Assembly (NCBI GenBank): GCA_039818205.1
Contig: JBCBUK010000001.1
Coordinates: forward strand, 512,001-576,000
Source of the DNA: Verrucomicrobiota bacterium
GTDB taxonomy: Bacteria > Verrucomicrobiota > Verrucomicrobiia > Opitutales > Cerasicoccaceae
DNA: 64,000 bases
Reading direction: 5' to 3'
The notes under the pieces were generated by a model that was given only the letters and a program-made list of their open reading frames with translations, did no database searches and had not been told where the DNA came from. Positions 1 through 8,188 of the stretch are shown in pieces. The position numbers and the translations under genes are program-made. How positions within the stretch are numbered: the first letter of the stretch is position 1; every line of letters begins with the position of its first letter.

Positions 1-524
1 CCCCCGGCCTCTGATTCAATCAGTCGCTCAACTAGGATCTCAAAAATCAATCGACACCCGTGCAGGTATTTAAGCGTTCGTTCATTGTAGTCGAGGACCT
101 CGCGCCGGCATTGATTATGATTCTGCCGAAACGGCTGGGACTTACCGCGTGGTATCCGCCGAATAAAATGTCCATCACGATCGGCATTCGGAGAAAAATC
201 GCTGCTAAACTCGGTCCACATCCATTGCAGAAATTTGCAGTTACTATCATCGATTGAAGCCCAGCCAAACGGACAATCCGGGCCGATAAAAACCAACTGC
301 CTCGGTGCCAATCGCACCGTCTTCCCACGAATCACCATGCTTGGCGTCCCTTCTTCGATCACCGTGCAAACCCAGCCATCGTGCTGACATTCCGGCAAAA
401 ACTCTTTGCTGAAATCACGCCTCCCCCAAGCCAAGTATCCCAGCTGGGACCCGGAATCCGCGTCTGCCTTCCAGAAAGAGCGATCTTTTGTCGGCAAGTA
501 GAGACTTCTGTAATCGGTTTCCAA
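1..524 (-). CDS. AraC-family transcriptional regulator, N-terminal cupin-like part (partial, runs off the left edge; missing from the ORF track)
   Basis: Manual translation of the minus strand from TTG at 524 is open to the edge: LETDYRSLYLP...YLAWGRRDF...HDGWVCTVIEEGTPSMVIRGKTVRLAPRQLVFIGPDCPFGW...FLQWMW. This resembles an AraC ligand-binding cupin. It is divergent from the 651 operon. The HTH would lie outside the window and the start codon is uncertain. Confidence 0.65.
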   Translation of the reverse strand, partial: METDYRSLYLPTKDRSFWKADADSGSQLGYLAWGRRDFSKEFLPECQHDGWVCTVIEEGTPSMVIRGKTVRLAPRQLVFIGPDCPFGWASIDDSNCKFLQWMWTEFSSDFSPNADRDGHFIRRIPRGKSQPFRQNHNQCRREVLDYNERTLKYLHGCRLIFEILVERLIESEAG

Positions 525-650
525 TATAGCATCATTAGTCAAATGATTTTCGAGGCAATATCAAGCTATTTGCCAATTACAAACGCCTATGGTGTCGTTA
601 AGGAATGGTGATCGGAGCCTCCGCAGCTCCCATAAGCCCCACGCAATGCA

Positions 651-2957
651 ATGAGCACCCTTACCGCAGAGAAAGAACGCTTGCCCAACGACCCACCGGT
701 CCAACCGATGGACTACAGTTTGATCGGCACGGAATCCAAACGGGCAATCGAACAAGGCTTAGCCGAGGCGGATTGGTACACGACACCCATTCCGCGAGAA
801 GAGCTGAAACAACTGCTCACACGAAGAGATTGGCCCGCAATTCGCGACTGCTTCATATACTTTGGGCTGATTGCTTTTTTCGGCGTAGCCACCTACAGCC
901 TTTGGGGAAGCTGGTGGGCCTTCCTACCAATGATGGCATACGGAATCCTTTGGGCCTCAGCCTCGGATGCCCGCTGGCATGAATCCAGCCACGGCACGGC
1001 TTTCAAAACCGATTGGTTGAACAACCTATTGTATGAAGTCGCATCCTTCATGGTTCTACGCGAATCAGTTCCCTGGCGTTGGAGCCATACTCGACACCAT
1101 AGCGACACGATCATTGTTGGACGCGACCCCGAGATCGCAGTTCCCCGCCCACCCAATCTCCGGCAGATGCTCCTTAAGTGCATCAACTTCCAAGCCTTTC
1201 GTCGCTATCTCAAGAACATCACCCTCCACAGCCTTGGACGTGTTGCGGCCGAAGAAGCCGCCTTTATCCCCGAGAGCGAATACCCAAAGGTCTTCCTAAG
1301 AGCACGTATCTATGCCACGATCTACCTGGCAATTATCGCATTGGCGATCGTCTACCAAACCTGGCTTCCCTTCGTGTTTGTCCTGGGACCCAATCTCTAT
1401 GGGGCTTGGCTCATGCCCATCTACGGGTGGACCCAGCATGCGGGCCTCGCTGAGAATGTCCTCGACCACCGGCTCAACTGCCGGACGATTTCGATGAACT
1501 TCGTTCATCGCTTCCTTTACTGGAACATGAACTACCACCTGGAACATCATATGTTCCCGTTAGTACCCTACCATCAATTGCCGAATCTACACCAACTAAT
1601 CAAAGACGATTGTCCAGCGCCCTACCCAGGCTTAATCGCGGCCTACAAAGAGATCATCCCAACAGTACTCCGGCAGATCAAGGACCCAGGATACTACGTT
1701 AAACGGAGCCTGCCTGCCTCGGCAAAATCGACCCGAAACCATGACAATAGAAACAGCACCATTGAAGCTCGAGACACGGGGAGCGGCTGGCTCGACCTGG
1801 GCGCTGCGGATCGACTCTATCCCAATGAAATAACTCGGCTAGACCACGCAGGCCGCACCTACGCAATCTATCGCACAAAGAGCGGGCACTACTACGCGAC
1901 CGATGGCATCTGCACCCATGGCAATACTCACCTCGCGGATGGCTTTCTCAAAGGTGAAACCATTGAATGCCCAAAGCACAACGGGCGCTTTAACATTAAA
2001 GATGGCGCAGCCGTTCGGCATCCGGCCTGTGTTGCACTGAAGACCTATCCCGTGAAAGCAGATGGCGGACGCCTCCTTATCAATCTTGAAGCTGCCAGCG
2101 GCCTCGGCGCGAAAGAGCAGGCGTATCAACTCCGCGTAGTTCGCTCGCAGTACGTTGCCACATTTATCAAAGAAATAGTACTAGAACCCGCCGAGGAGAA
2201 TGGGTTGCCAGACTATCAGCCGGGGCAATATCTCCAATTTGAGATCCCAGCCTTCAACGAGATCTCGTTCAGTAACTTCAATGTTCCGGAACCTTATTCC
2301 TCAGTCTGGAAAGCTAACCATCTCTTCGATTATTGCTCAACAAACTCGGCAATCATTCGCCGCAATTATTCCTTAGCAACCTCTCCGCAAGCTGCGAAAA
2401 ATGAACTGCGTTTCAATGTTCGCATCGCAACGCCGCCTCGGGGGCTCGACTGCGACGCTGGTGTCGGCTCAAGCTACATGCACAGCCTAAGCGCAGGCGA
2501 TATCGTAACAGTCTACGGCCCCTACGGCGACTTCGAGATCAAGGACAGCGAGCGAGAAATGGTTTATATCGGCGGCGGCGCGGGCATGGCCCCGCTACGC
2601 TCGCACATCTCACATCTATTTAATACACTGCGCACAAAACGCACGGTTAGCTATTGGTATGGAGCCCGCTCGAAGCAGGAAGTGTTTTACGAAGAATACT
2701 TTCGCGCCCTGGAGAAATCGTTTCCGAATTTCACGTTTCACATTGCGCTTTCCGAACCCCAGGAGAACGACAATTGGGATGGCCCAACCGGATTCATCCA
2801 TGAGGTCGTGCGGGAACGATTGCTGTCTGAGCACCCGAATCCAGAAGGCCTCGAGTATTACTTATGTGGCCCGCCACCAATGATTCAAGCCACCCAAAGT
2901 ATGCTCACAGACGAGTGGGGCGTCTCCCAGAACAACATTGCCTTCGACGAGTTCTAG
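651..2957 (+). CDS. mocDE: Fusion of MocD-like fatty-acid-desaturase-family di-iron oxygenase + MocE-type Rieske [2Fe-2S] ferredoxin + NqrF-like FAD/NAD(P)H reductase
   Basis: Desaturase His boxes HESSH, HTRHH, QH and HLEHH, with MocD-like N-terminus DYSLIG..AIEQGLAEADWY (about 651-1715). Rieske ligands CTH...CPKH (about 1785-2095). FNR/NqrF motifs RNYSLA, FNVRIATPP, GVGSSY, GPYGDF, IGGGAGMAPLRSH, YWYGARS, YYLCGPPPM and terminal FDEF (about 2120-2957). Confidence 0.9.
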   Translation: MSTLTAEKERLPNDPPVQPMDYSLIGTESKRAIEQGLAEADWYTTPIPREELKQLLTRRDWPAIRDCFIYFGLIAFFGVATYSLWGSWWAFLPMMAYGILWASASDARWHESSHGTAFKTDWLNNLLYEVASFMVLRESVPWRWSHTRHHSDTIIVGRDPEIAVPRPPNLRQMLLKCINFQAFRRYLKNITLHSLGRVAAEEAAFIPESEYPKVFLRARIYATIYLAIIALAIVYQTWLPFVFVLGPNLYGAWLMPIYGWTQHAGLAENVLDHRLNCRTISMNFVHRFLYWNMNYHLEHHMFPLVPYHQLPNLHQLIKDDCPAPYPGLIAAYKEIIPTVLRQIKDPGYYVKRSLPASAKSTRNHDNRNSTIEARDTGSGWLDLGAADRLYPNEITRLDHAGRTYAIYRTKSGHYYATDGICTHGNTHLADGFLKGETIECPKHNGRFNIKDGAAVRHPACVALKTYPVKADGGRLLINLEAASGLGAKEQAYQLRVVRSQYVATFIKEIVLEPAEENGLPDYQPGQYLQFEIPAFNEISFSNFNVPEPYSSVWKANHLFDYCSTNSAIIRRNYSLATSPQAAKNELRFNVRIATPPRGLDCDAGVGSSYMHSLSAGDIVTVYGPYGDFEIKDSEREMVYIGGGAGMAPLRSHISHLFNTLRTKRTVSYWYGARSKQEVFYEEYFRALEKSFPNFTFHIALSEPQENDNWDGPTGFIHEVVRERLLSEHPNPEGLEYYLCGPPPMIQATQSMLTDEWGVSQNNIAFDEF

Positions 2958-2975
2958 GCGACTCGACTTAGAAAC

Positions 2976-3956
2976 ATGAACTACCAACCATTTGGACAGA
3001 CTGGGTTCCAAACCTTTCCGATTGCCTTTGGCGCCATGCGCATTGAGGCCAATGAGCGAGGTTACTCAAGCCCCCTCCTCCACGCCCTCGAACGTGGAAT
3101 TAACTTCGTCGACACCGCGCGTAACTATGGCCAAAGCGAAGAGGTCGTGGCCCGCACCCTCAAAGAATGGCGAGGCGAACAACCCTTTATCGCAACCAAG
3201 GTTAAACCGCTCGACGTAGCGAACTGGCGTTTCTACGTCCCCCTCGAAGAGCAGTTTACACCAGAGAGCATCCGAGCATCTGTTGAGACAAGTTTAACGA
3301 CACTGGGCATCGACTGCATTGACCTTATTCAGCTGCATCAATGGTATTACTTATGGTCGCATCGACCGGAGTGGCTTGAATCCCTTCTAAGTTTACAGAG
3401 TGAGGGAAAGGTTCGATTCATTGGCGTTAGCGCTCAGGACCACGAGCACGATGCCATCCTCCCTTTGATAGATAACAATGTCGTCGACGCGGTTCAGATC
3501 TTCTTCAACGCCTTCGAATCTCGGCCGCGTGTGAGCGCCCTTCCGTTGGCTCAACAATGCTGTGTCGGCGTTATTGGGCGATGCACCTTTGACCACTCAG
3601 GATCGCTAGCAACGGGAGGCAATCGAGAGACTCTCGCCGAGGACATAAAACTCGCCAATGCGTCTAAAGAGATCGTGACCGAATACCTCAATCGAATCGA
3701 TCGGCTCCGCTCCGAATTTTGCGACGGCGATTGTTCGTTGGCCGAGCTCTCAATCCGTTTCGCCCTTTCCCACCCAGGCATGTCAAACCTCGCAATCTCA
3801 CTGGCGGACGAGTCTCAAGTAGATGCCGCAATCGTGGCTGCCGACCGAGGTCCACTCCCGCAGGAGATCGTGGAGCGAATCACCAAGGACCACGTTTGGG
3901 TCAAAAACTTCTATTACTTTAGCCGGAGGACAGTCGATGGAAACTCTAGCCAATGA
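2976..3956 (+). CDS. Aldo/keto reductase
   Basis: GINFVDTARNYG (catalytic Asp/Tyr), IATK (Lys), IDLIQLH (His), GKVRFIGVS. Confidence 0.9.
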   Translation: MNYQPFGQTGFQTFPIAFGAMRIEANERGYSSPLLHALERGINFVDTARNYGQSEEVVARTLKEWRGEQPFIATKVKPLDVANWRFYVPLEEQFTPESIRASVETSLTTLGIDCIDLIQLHQWYYLWSHRPEWLESLLSLQSEGKVRFIGVSAQDHEHDAILPLIDNNVVDAVQIFFNAFESRPRVSALPLAQQCCVGVIGRCTFDHSGSLATGGNRETLAEDIKLANASKEIVTEYLNRIDRLRSEFCDGDCSLAELSIRFALSHPGMSNLAISLADESQVDAAIVAADRGPLPQEIVERITKDHVWVKNFYYFSRRTVDGNSSQ

Positions 3957-4671
3957 TCACCCTCAGCCAATACCAGTGAGTTTCGTGTTTGATGATGGCT
4001 TCACTGCCAGTTGCCTGAAGATCGCCGACGTATTTGAGTCTCGCGGCCTACGGGCAACCTTTGCCGTATTAGTCGATCACGATGGCTTTATGCCGGACTT
4101 TCCCAAAGGAGACTTTCAGCTCTGGAACGAACTCCTCGACCGTGGCCATGAAATCCATCCTCACGGTTTGGACCATTCCGATCTGACAACAATCTCCCAT
4201 GAAGACGCCGACCGTATGATCGATGATTGCTTGAACTTTTTCCAAGAGAACCTTTCTGATTTCAAGGTAGCCGACACCGTATACCACCTCACCTACAATC
4301 GGTCGACACCCTCAATAGACTCTCACCTTCTGAATCGTGTTGCTGCCATCCGAACCAACGGGAAAACTAGCAAATCCGGAACAGGGCTCAATACCCTTAA
4401 CGATCTTAGCTCGCGCATTATCAAGTGCACTGGACACGGCCCGGGCCACTGCGACGAACACCTCCAACAGTGCCTCAGCCATGCTGAGGAATCCAACGCT
4501 GCTCAATTCTGTTATATGCTGCATGGTCTAGACAATGAAGGCTGGGGCCCAATCAGCCAACAAGGCCTCGAAGAATCGCTCGACACAATACTGGTATCGA
4601 ATCGCTTGTTCTATCAACCCATCGGCTCCTTTGTTCTTGAGCATGTAAAACCAGCCTCAGCGAATGGATAA
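3937..4671 (+). CDS. Polysaccharide deacetylase (CE4/NodB-like) family protein, no signal peptide
   Basis: FVFDDG motif, GLRATFAV, and GHEIHPHGLDH metal-binding His pair. Start moved to the ATG at 3937, which has GGAGGA just upstream and overlaps the previous stop region. Confidence 0.8.
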   Translation: METLANDHPQPIPVSFVFDDGFTASCLKIADVFESRGLRATFAVLVDHDGFMPDFPKGDFQLWNELLDRGHEIHPHGLDHSDLTTISHEDADRMIDDCLNFFQENLSDFKVADTVYHLTYNRSTPSIDSHLLNRVAAIRTNGKTSKSGTGLNTLNDLSSRIIKCTGHGPGHCDEHLQQCLSHAEESNAAQFCYMLHGLDNEGWGPISQQGLEESLDTILVSNRLFYQPIGSFVLEHVKPASANG

Positions 4672-5689
4672 GATTAAAACCGCAATAATCGGCTATGGGC
4701 GAACGGCCCAAAACCTGCACGCAGCTGGCCTGCGCTCCAACAGCGAATCGTTTCAGGTCAACGCCGTTGCAGGTGTAACGCCAGGCAATCTCGAACAGGC
4801 AAAAGCAGATTTTAACTGCGAGACCTACACGAACTATCAGGCGATGCTCCAGGAGCAAGATCTCGACTTGGCCATCGTAACGACTCGCAATCACCAGCAT
4901 TGCAGCATGGCTATTGATGCGCTCAATAGCGGCGCGCATGTTCTGGTTACCAAGCCAATTGGCATCAACCAAATAGAGGTTGAGCGCATCTATGACGCAG
5001 CGGAGAAGGCTGGCCGCAAAGTCTTCCCTTATCTGCCAGCGCGGTGGGGAAGCGACTTTCGCCGCATCCAGGAGATCGTTAACTCAGGAGAGATCGGCAA
5101 GGTCTTTTCAATCCGTCGTTCAGTGTATGGCTTTGCCACCCGTGATGATTGGCAAACAGAAACCCAATCGGGTGGTGGCATCATCCTCAACTGGGGAGCG
5201 CACCTGATCGATCCACCAATGCAAATCGCCGGCGGTAACCCCAAACAACTTTATGGGTCATGTAGACGACTTCTCAACTCCGGTGATGCCGAAGACTGCT
5301 TCTACTCGATAATCGAAATGGACAACGGTATTCGAGTCCACGCGGAGTGGTCGTTTGCGCCAAAGGGCTTGGCGAATTGGTTTGTCCAAGGAACCCGTGG
5401 CGCTATCATCGTCAACGGAACGCAGCTTGAAGTCCATGCTGGCGAGCCGTCAAAACCAAGCGACCCCACCTGTTTCAAAAACATGGAGGGCAACGGATAC
5501 AACTCACGAGAGGAAACGCTCAGCGACGCAATCTACGGAGACCCCGTTGAGATCTATCGTTCGGTGGCTCAAGACCTATTTCACCGCATTCCGTTTCCCA
5601 TTGTAAAGAATGATGTAGTCCAACTCACTCGGGCGATGGACGCCATCAAGGTCGCTCAAAACTCCAGCCAACTGATTCAATTATCATGA
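4664..5689 (+). CDS. Gfo/Idh/MocA-family NAD-dependent oxidoreductase
   Basis: Rossmann motif TAIIGYGR, HVLVTKP (variant of EKP), GGGIILNWGAHLID, AED. Overlaps the upstream gene by 8 nt. Confidence 0.92.
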   Translation: MDKIKTAIIGYGRTAQNLHAAGLRSNSESFQVNAVAGVTPGNLEQAKADFNCETYTNYQAMLQEQDLDLAIVTTRNHQHCSMAIDALNSGAHVLVTKPIGINQIEVERIYDAAEKAGRKVFPYLPARWGSDFRRIQEIVNSGEIGKVFSIRRSVYGFATRDDWQTETQSGGGIILNWGAHLIDPPMQIAGGNPKQLYGSCRRLLNSGDAEDCFYSIIEMDNGIRVHAEWSFAPKGLANWFVQGTRGAIIVNGTQLEVHAGEPSKPSDPTCFKNMEGNGYNSREETLSDAIYGDPVEIYRSVAQDLFHRIPFPIVKNDVVQLTRAMDAIKVAQNSSQLIQLS

Positions 5690-6615
5690 TTTTTTTAACC
5701 GGTTTCGCCGATGAAGCGGCCGACAATATTGACGGGCAGATTCGCGCGATTCAGCAGCTTGGCTGGTCGCACATCGAGCTGCGTTCGATCGACAAGATTA
5801 ACATCACCGATATCCCCAACAAGGACTTCGAGATCGTCGCCGACCAAATCGAAAAGGCCAACCTTCAAGTCAATGCCTTTGGCTCGACGATATGCAACTG
5901 GGGAAAGTCGATTCTCGAACCGATGGACCGGGATCTTGAAGAGATCGAACGCGCAATCCCGCGAATGCAAGCACTGGGCACGAGGTACGTTCGGATCATG
6001 AGCTATGGCGTGCTCCGCGACCGCGATCCAAACGATCAATTTGTTGAAGAACGAATCAAGCGACTTAACCAAGTCGTCGAGCGTTTTGCCGACGCTGGAT
6101 TGCAAGCATTGCACGAGAACTGCGCCAACTATGGCGGGATGGGCTGGCAGTTCACTCAGCGGCTCCTCGACGGCGTGCCCGGACTTCAGCTGATCTTTGA
6201 CACCGCTAACCCAGCAACAACCTTGGACCGCTCAAAGCCGATGCCCTACCCCACGCAATCGCCATGGGAGTTCTATCAGAATGTGCGCGATCACATCGCC
6301 CATGTGCACGTTAAAGATGGGCGCTTCATCGCCGACAATCCTGACTCGATTTTCGAAGACGCAGAATACGTTTGGCCCGGTGAAGGCGACGGTGACGTCA
6401 AACGTATCGTCGAAGACCTCATCCATAACGGGTACCAGGGTGGCTTCAGCATCGAGCCTCATCTGTCCGTCGTCTATCATGACGAGAACCAGAACAGTCC
6501 CAAACAATACCGATTCGAGAGCTTCATCGAATACGGCAAGCGCCTAGAACGAATCATCGACGAAATTCGAAACAACGCCGCAAGCACCCAACCGACCGCC
6601 ACTAAACTCCCATGA
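5686..6615 (+). CDS. Sugar-phosphate isomerase/epimerase, xylose-isomerase-like TIM barrel (MocC/IolE superfamily)
   Basis: LTGFADE, LHEN, LIFDTAN, HVHVKD, PGEGDG and SIEPH metal-ligand motifs. ATGA overlap with the previous gene. Confidence 0.88.
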   Translation: MIFLTGFADEAADNIDGQIRAIQQLGWSHIELRSIDKINITDIPNKDFEIVADQIEKANLQVNAFGSTICNWGKSILEPMDRDLEEIERAIPRMQALGTRYVRIMSYGVLRDRDPNDQFVEERIKRLNQVVERFADAGLQALHENCANYGGMGWQFTQRLLDGVPGLQLIFDTANPATTLDRSKPMPYPTQSPWEFYQNVRDHIAHVHVKDGRFIADNPDSIFEDAEYVWPGEGDGDVKRIVEDLIHNGYQGGFSIEPHLSVVYHDENQNSPKQYRFESFIEYGKRLERIIDEIRNNAASTQPTATKLP

Positions 6616-7931
6616 GCTCCGCGAACCAAACTCCGGCCGAAAGCAAAGAACGCATGACGCCCTACCATTGGACGGTCGTCATCCTCGCCTCTCTCGGTTG
6701 GCTTTTCGACTGCATGGACCAACGCTTGTTTGTCCTCGCCCGCGAAGCCGCAGTAAACGCCTTGGTTGGTGACACCGTTGATGCCTCCCTTATCAAAACT
6801 TACATTGGCTACGCGACGACTTCGATGATTCTAGGTTGGGCGACTGGCGGTATCATTATCGGTATGTTCAGCGACCGATATGGACGCGTCAAATCCCTGG
6901 CAATCACTCTGATCCTCTACTCCCTTTTTACTGGCCTGTCCGGTATCGCCCAAAGTTGGAACGAATTCATGATTTATCGCTTTGTTGCCGGTATCGGAAT
7001 CGGTGGCATGTTTGGCTCAGCGACGACTTTGGTCGCGGAGTCTATTCCGGGAAGGTTCCGCCCGGTTGCGCTCGGGGCGCTGCAAACTCTCGCCGCCCTA
7101 GGCAATATCATGGGCTCGATGGTCTCGCTCGTTATTCCCCCAAGTGCTACCGAAACGTTCATCGGATTTGAAGGTTGGCGCACGCTCTTCTTTATCGGAA
7201 TAATCCCAGCGCTTCTCGTTGCTCCCATGCTCGGCTTTTTGAAGGAACCTGAGCCATGGATCAAAATGAAGGAGGACCTCCGCAAAGGGGTTACAGGGAC
7301 AAAAGCGGGCTCACCAATCGAAATGTTTCGCCATCCCACTTGGCGCAAGCACGCCTTGATCGGCCTCTTCCTTGGCGTCGCTGGTATGGTTGGTCTTTGG
7401 GGTATCGGGTTCTTCTCACCGGAACTCATCTCGACAGCACTTGAGGGCGAACCACAGGACAAGATCGATCGGGTCCGAGCTTGGGGAACCGCGCTACAAG
7501 ACATTGGCTCCTTCTTGGGTATGGCGGCCTTTACCACGATCGCAACGATGCTCAGTCGTCGGCTCGCTTTCCTCATGTCGTTCACGCTTTGCTTCGTGAC
7601 TACCGTATTCGTATTCAACTCCCTGAATTCAGCATCCGACGCCTACTGGATGCTCCCAATAATGGGATTTGCTCAGCTCTCATTGTTCGCCGGTTACTCC
7701 ATATATTTCCCCGAACTTTTCCCGACCCGCTTGCGTGGAACCGGCGTTGGATTCTGCTATAATACCGTACGATATCTTGCCGCACCGGCTCCAATCCTAC
7801 TCGGCTACCTCAGCACTTTGCTGCCCTTCAGAATCGCCGCAAGTATCATGGCCGGTATTTACATCATGGGAATCATCGCACTTATCTGGGCACCTGAAAC
7901 GAAAGGCAAAGCCCTGCCTGAGGACGACTAG
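6612..7931 (+). CDS. MFS transporter (sugar/organic acid)
   Basis: About 12 hydrophobic segments, LGWLFDCMD, motif A GMFSDRYGR, PELFPTRLRGTG, APETKGK. ATGA overlap. Confidence 0.92.
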   Translation: MSSANQTPAESKERMTPYHWTVVILASLGWLFDCMDQRLFVLAREAAVNALVGDTVDASLIKTYIGYATTSMILGWATGGIIIGMFSDRYGRVKSLAITLILYSLFTGLSGIAQSWNEFMIYRFVAGIGIGGMFGSATTLVAESIPGRFRPVALGALQTLAALGNIMGSMVSLVIPPSATETFIGFEGWRTLFFIGIIPALLVAPMLGFLKEPEPWIKMKEDLRKGVTGTKAGSPIEMFRHPTWRKHALIGLFLGVAGMVGLWGIGFFSPELISTALEGEPQDKIDRVRAWGTALQDIGSFLGMAAFTTIATMLSRRLAFLMSFTLCFVTTVFVFNSLNSASDAYWMLPIMGFAQLSLFAGYSIYFPELFPTRLRGTGVGFCYNTVRYLAAPAPILLGYLSTLLPFRIAASIMAGIYIMGIIALIWAPETKGKALPEDD

Positions 7932-8058
7932 TCACCACGGCTCAGTGGAACCACACACCACTTCCTAACGCGGGCGCTCGGCGAACCTGCCATCTGGAAA
8001 TCTGCGAACCCAACTTGTAAACAGTTTGCTAAAAAATGACCATAAGCAGAAGCCCTCA

Positions 8059-8087
8059 TTGTTTTAGATGGAAACAAACCATATAAT
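8059..8087 (+). promoter_or_regulatory. Candidate sigma70 promoter for the 8189 gene
   Basis: TTGTTT (8059-8064), a 17-nt spacer, then TATAAT (8082-8087), about 100 nt upstream of the ATG at 8189. Confidence 0.5.
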
Positions 8088-8188
8088 ACACGTGTTAAGT
8101 TCGAACTGACCCCCCAATATACAGCCCTCCCCAATATACGGTCCGAACACCTATCCTGCCTCCCCTAACTCTCAACCCCTGAAAACGT

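Noticed and set aside
47..611. Short ORFs 47..328, 60..257 and 381..611
   Set aside because: They overlap the longer minus-strand AraC-like frame (524 to the edge) and show no recognisable motifs.
2120..2957. Respiratory Na+-NQR subunit F (nqrF)
   Set aside because: Only the FAD/NAD domain is present. It is fused to Rieske and desaturase domains, lacks the NqrF anchor and ferredoxin domain, and no nqrA-E genes are nearby.
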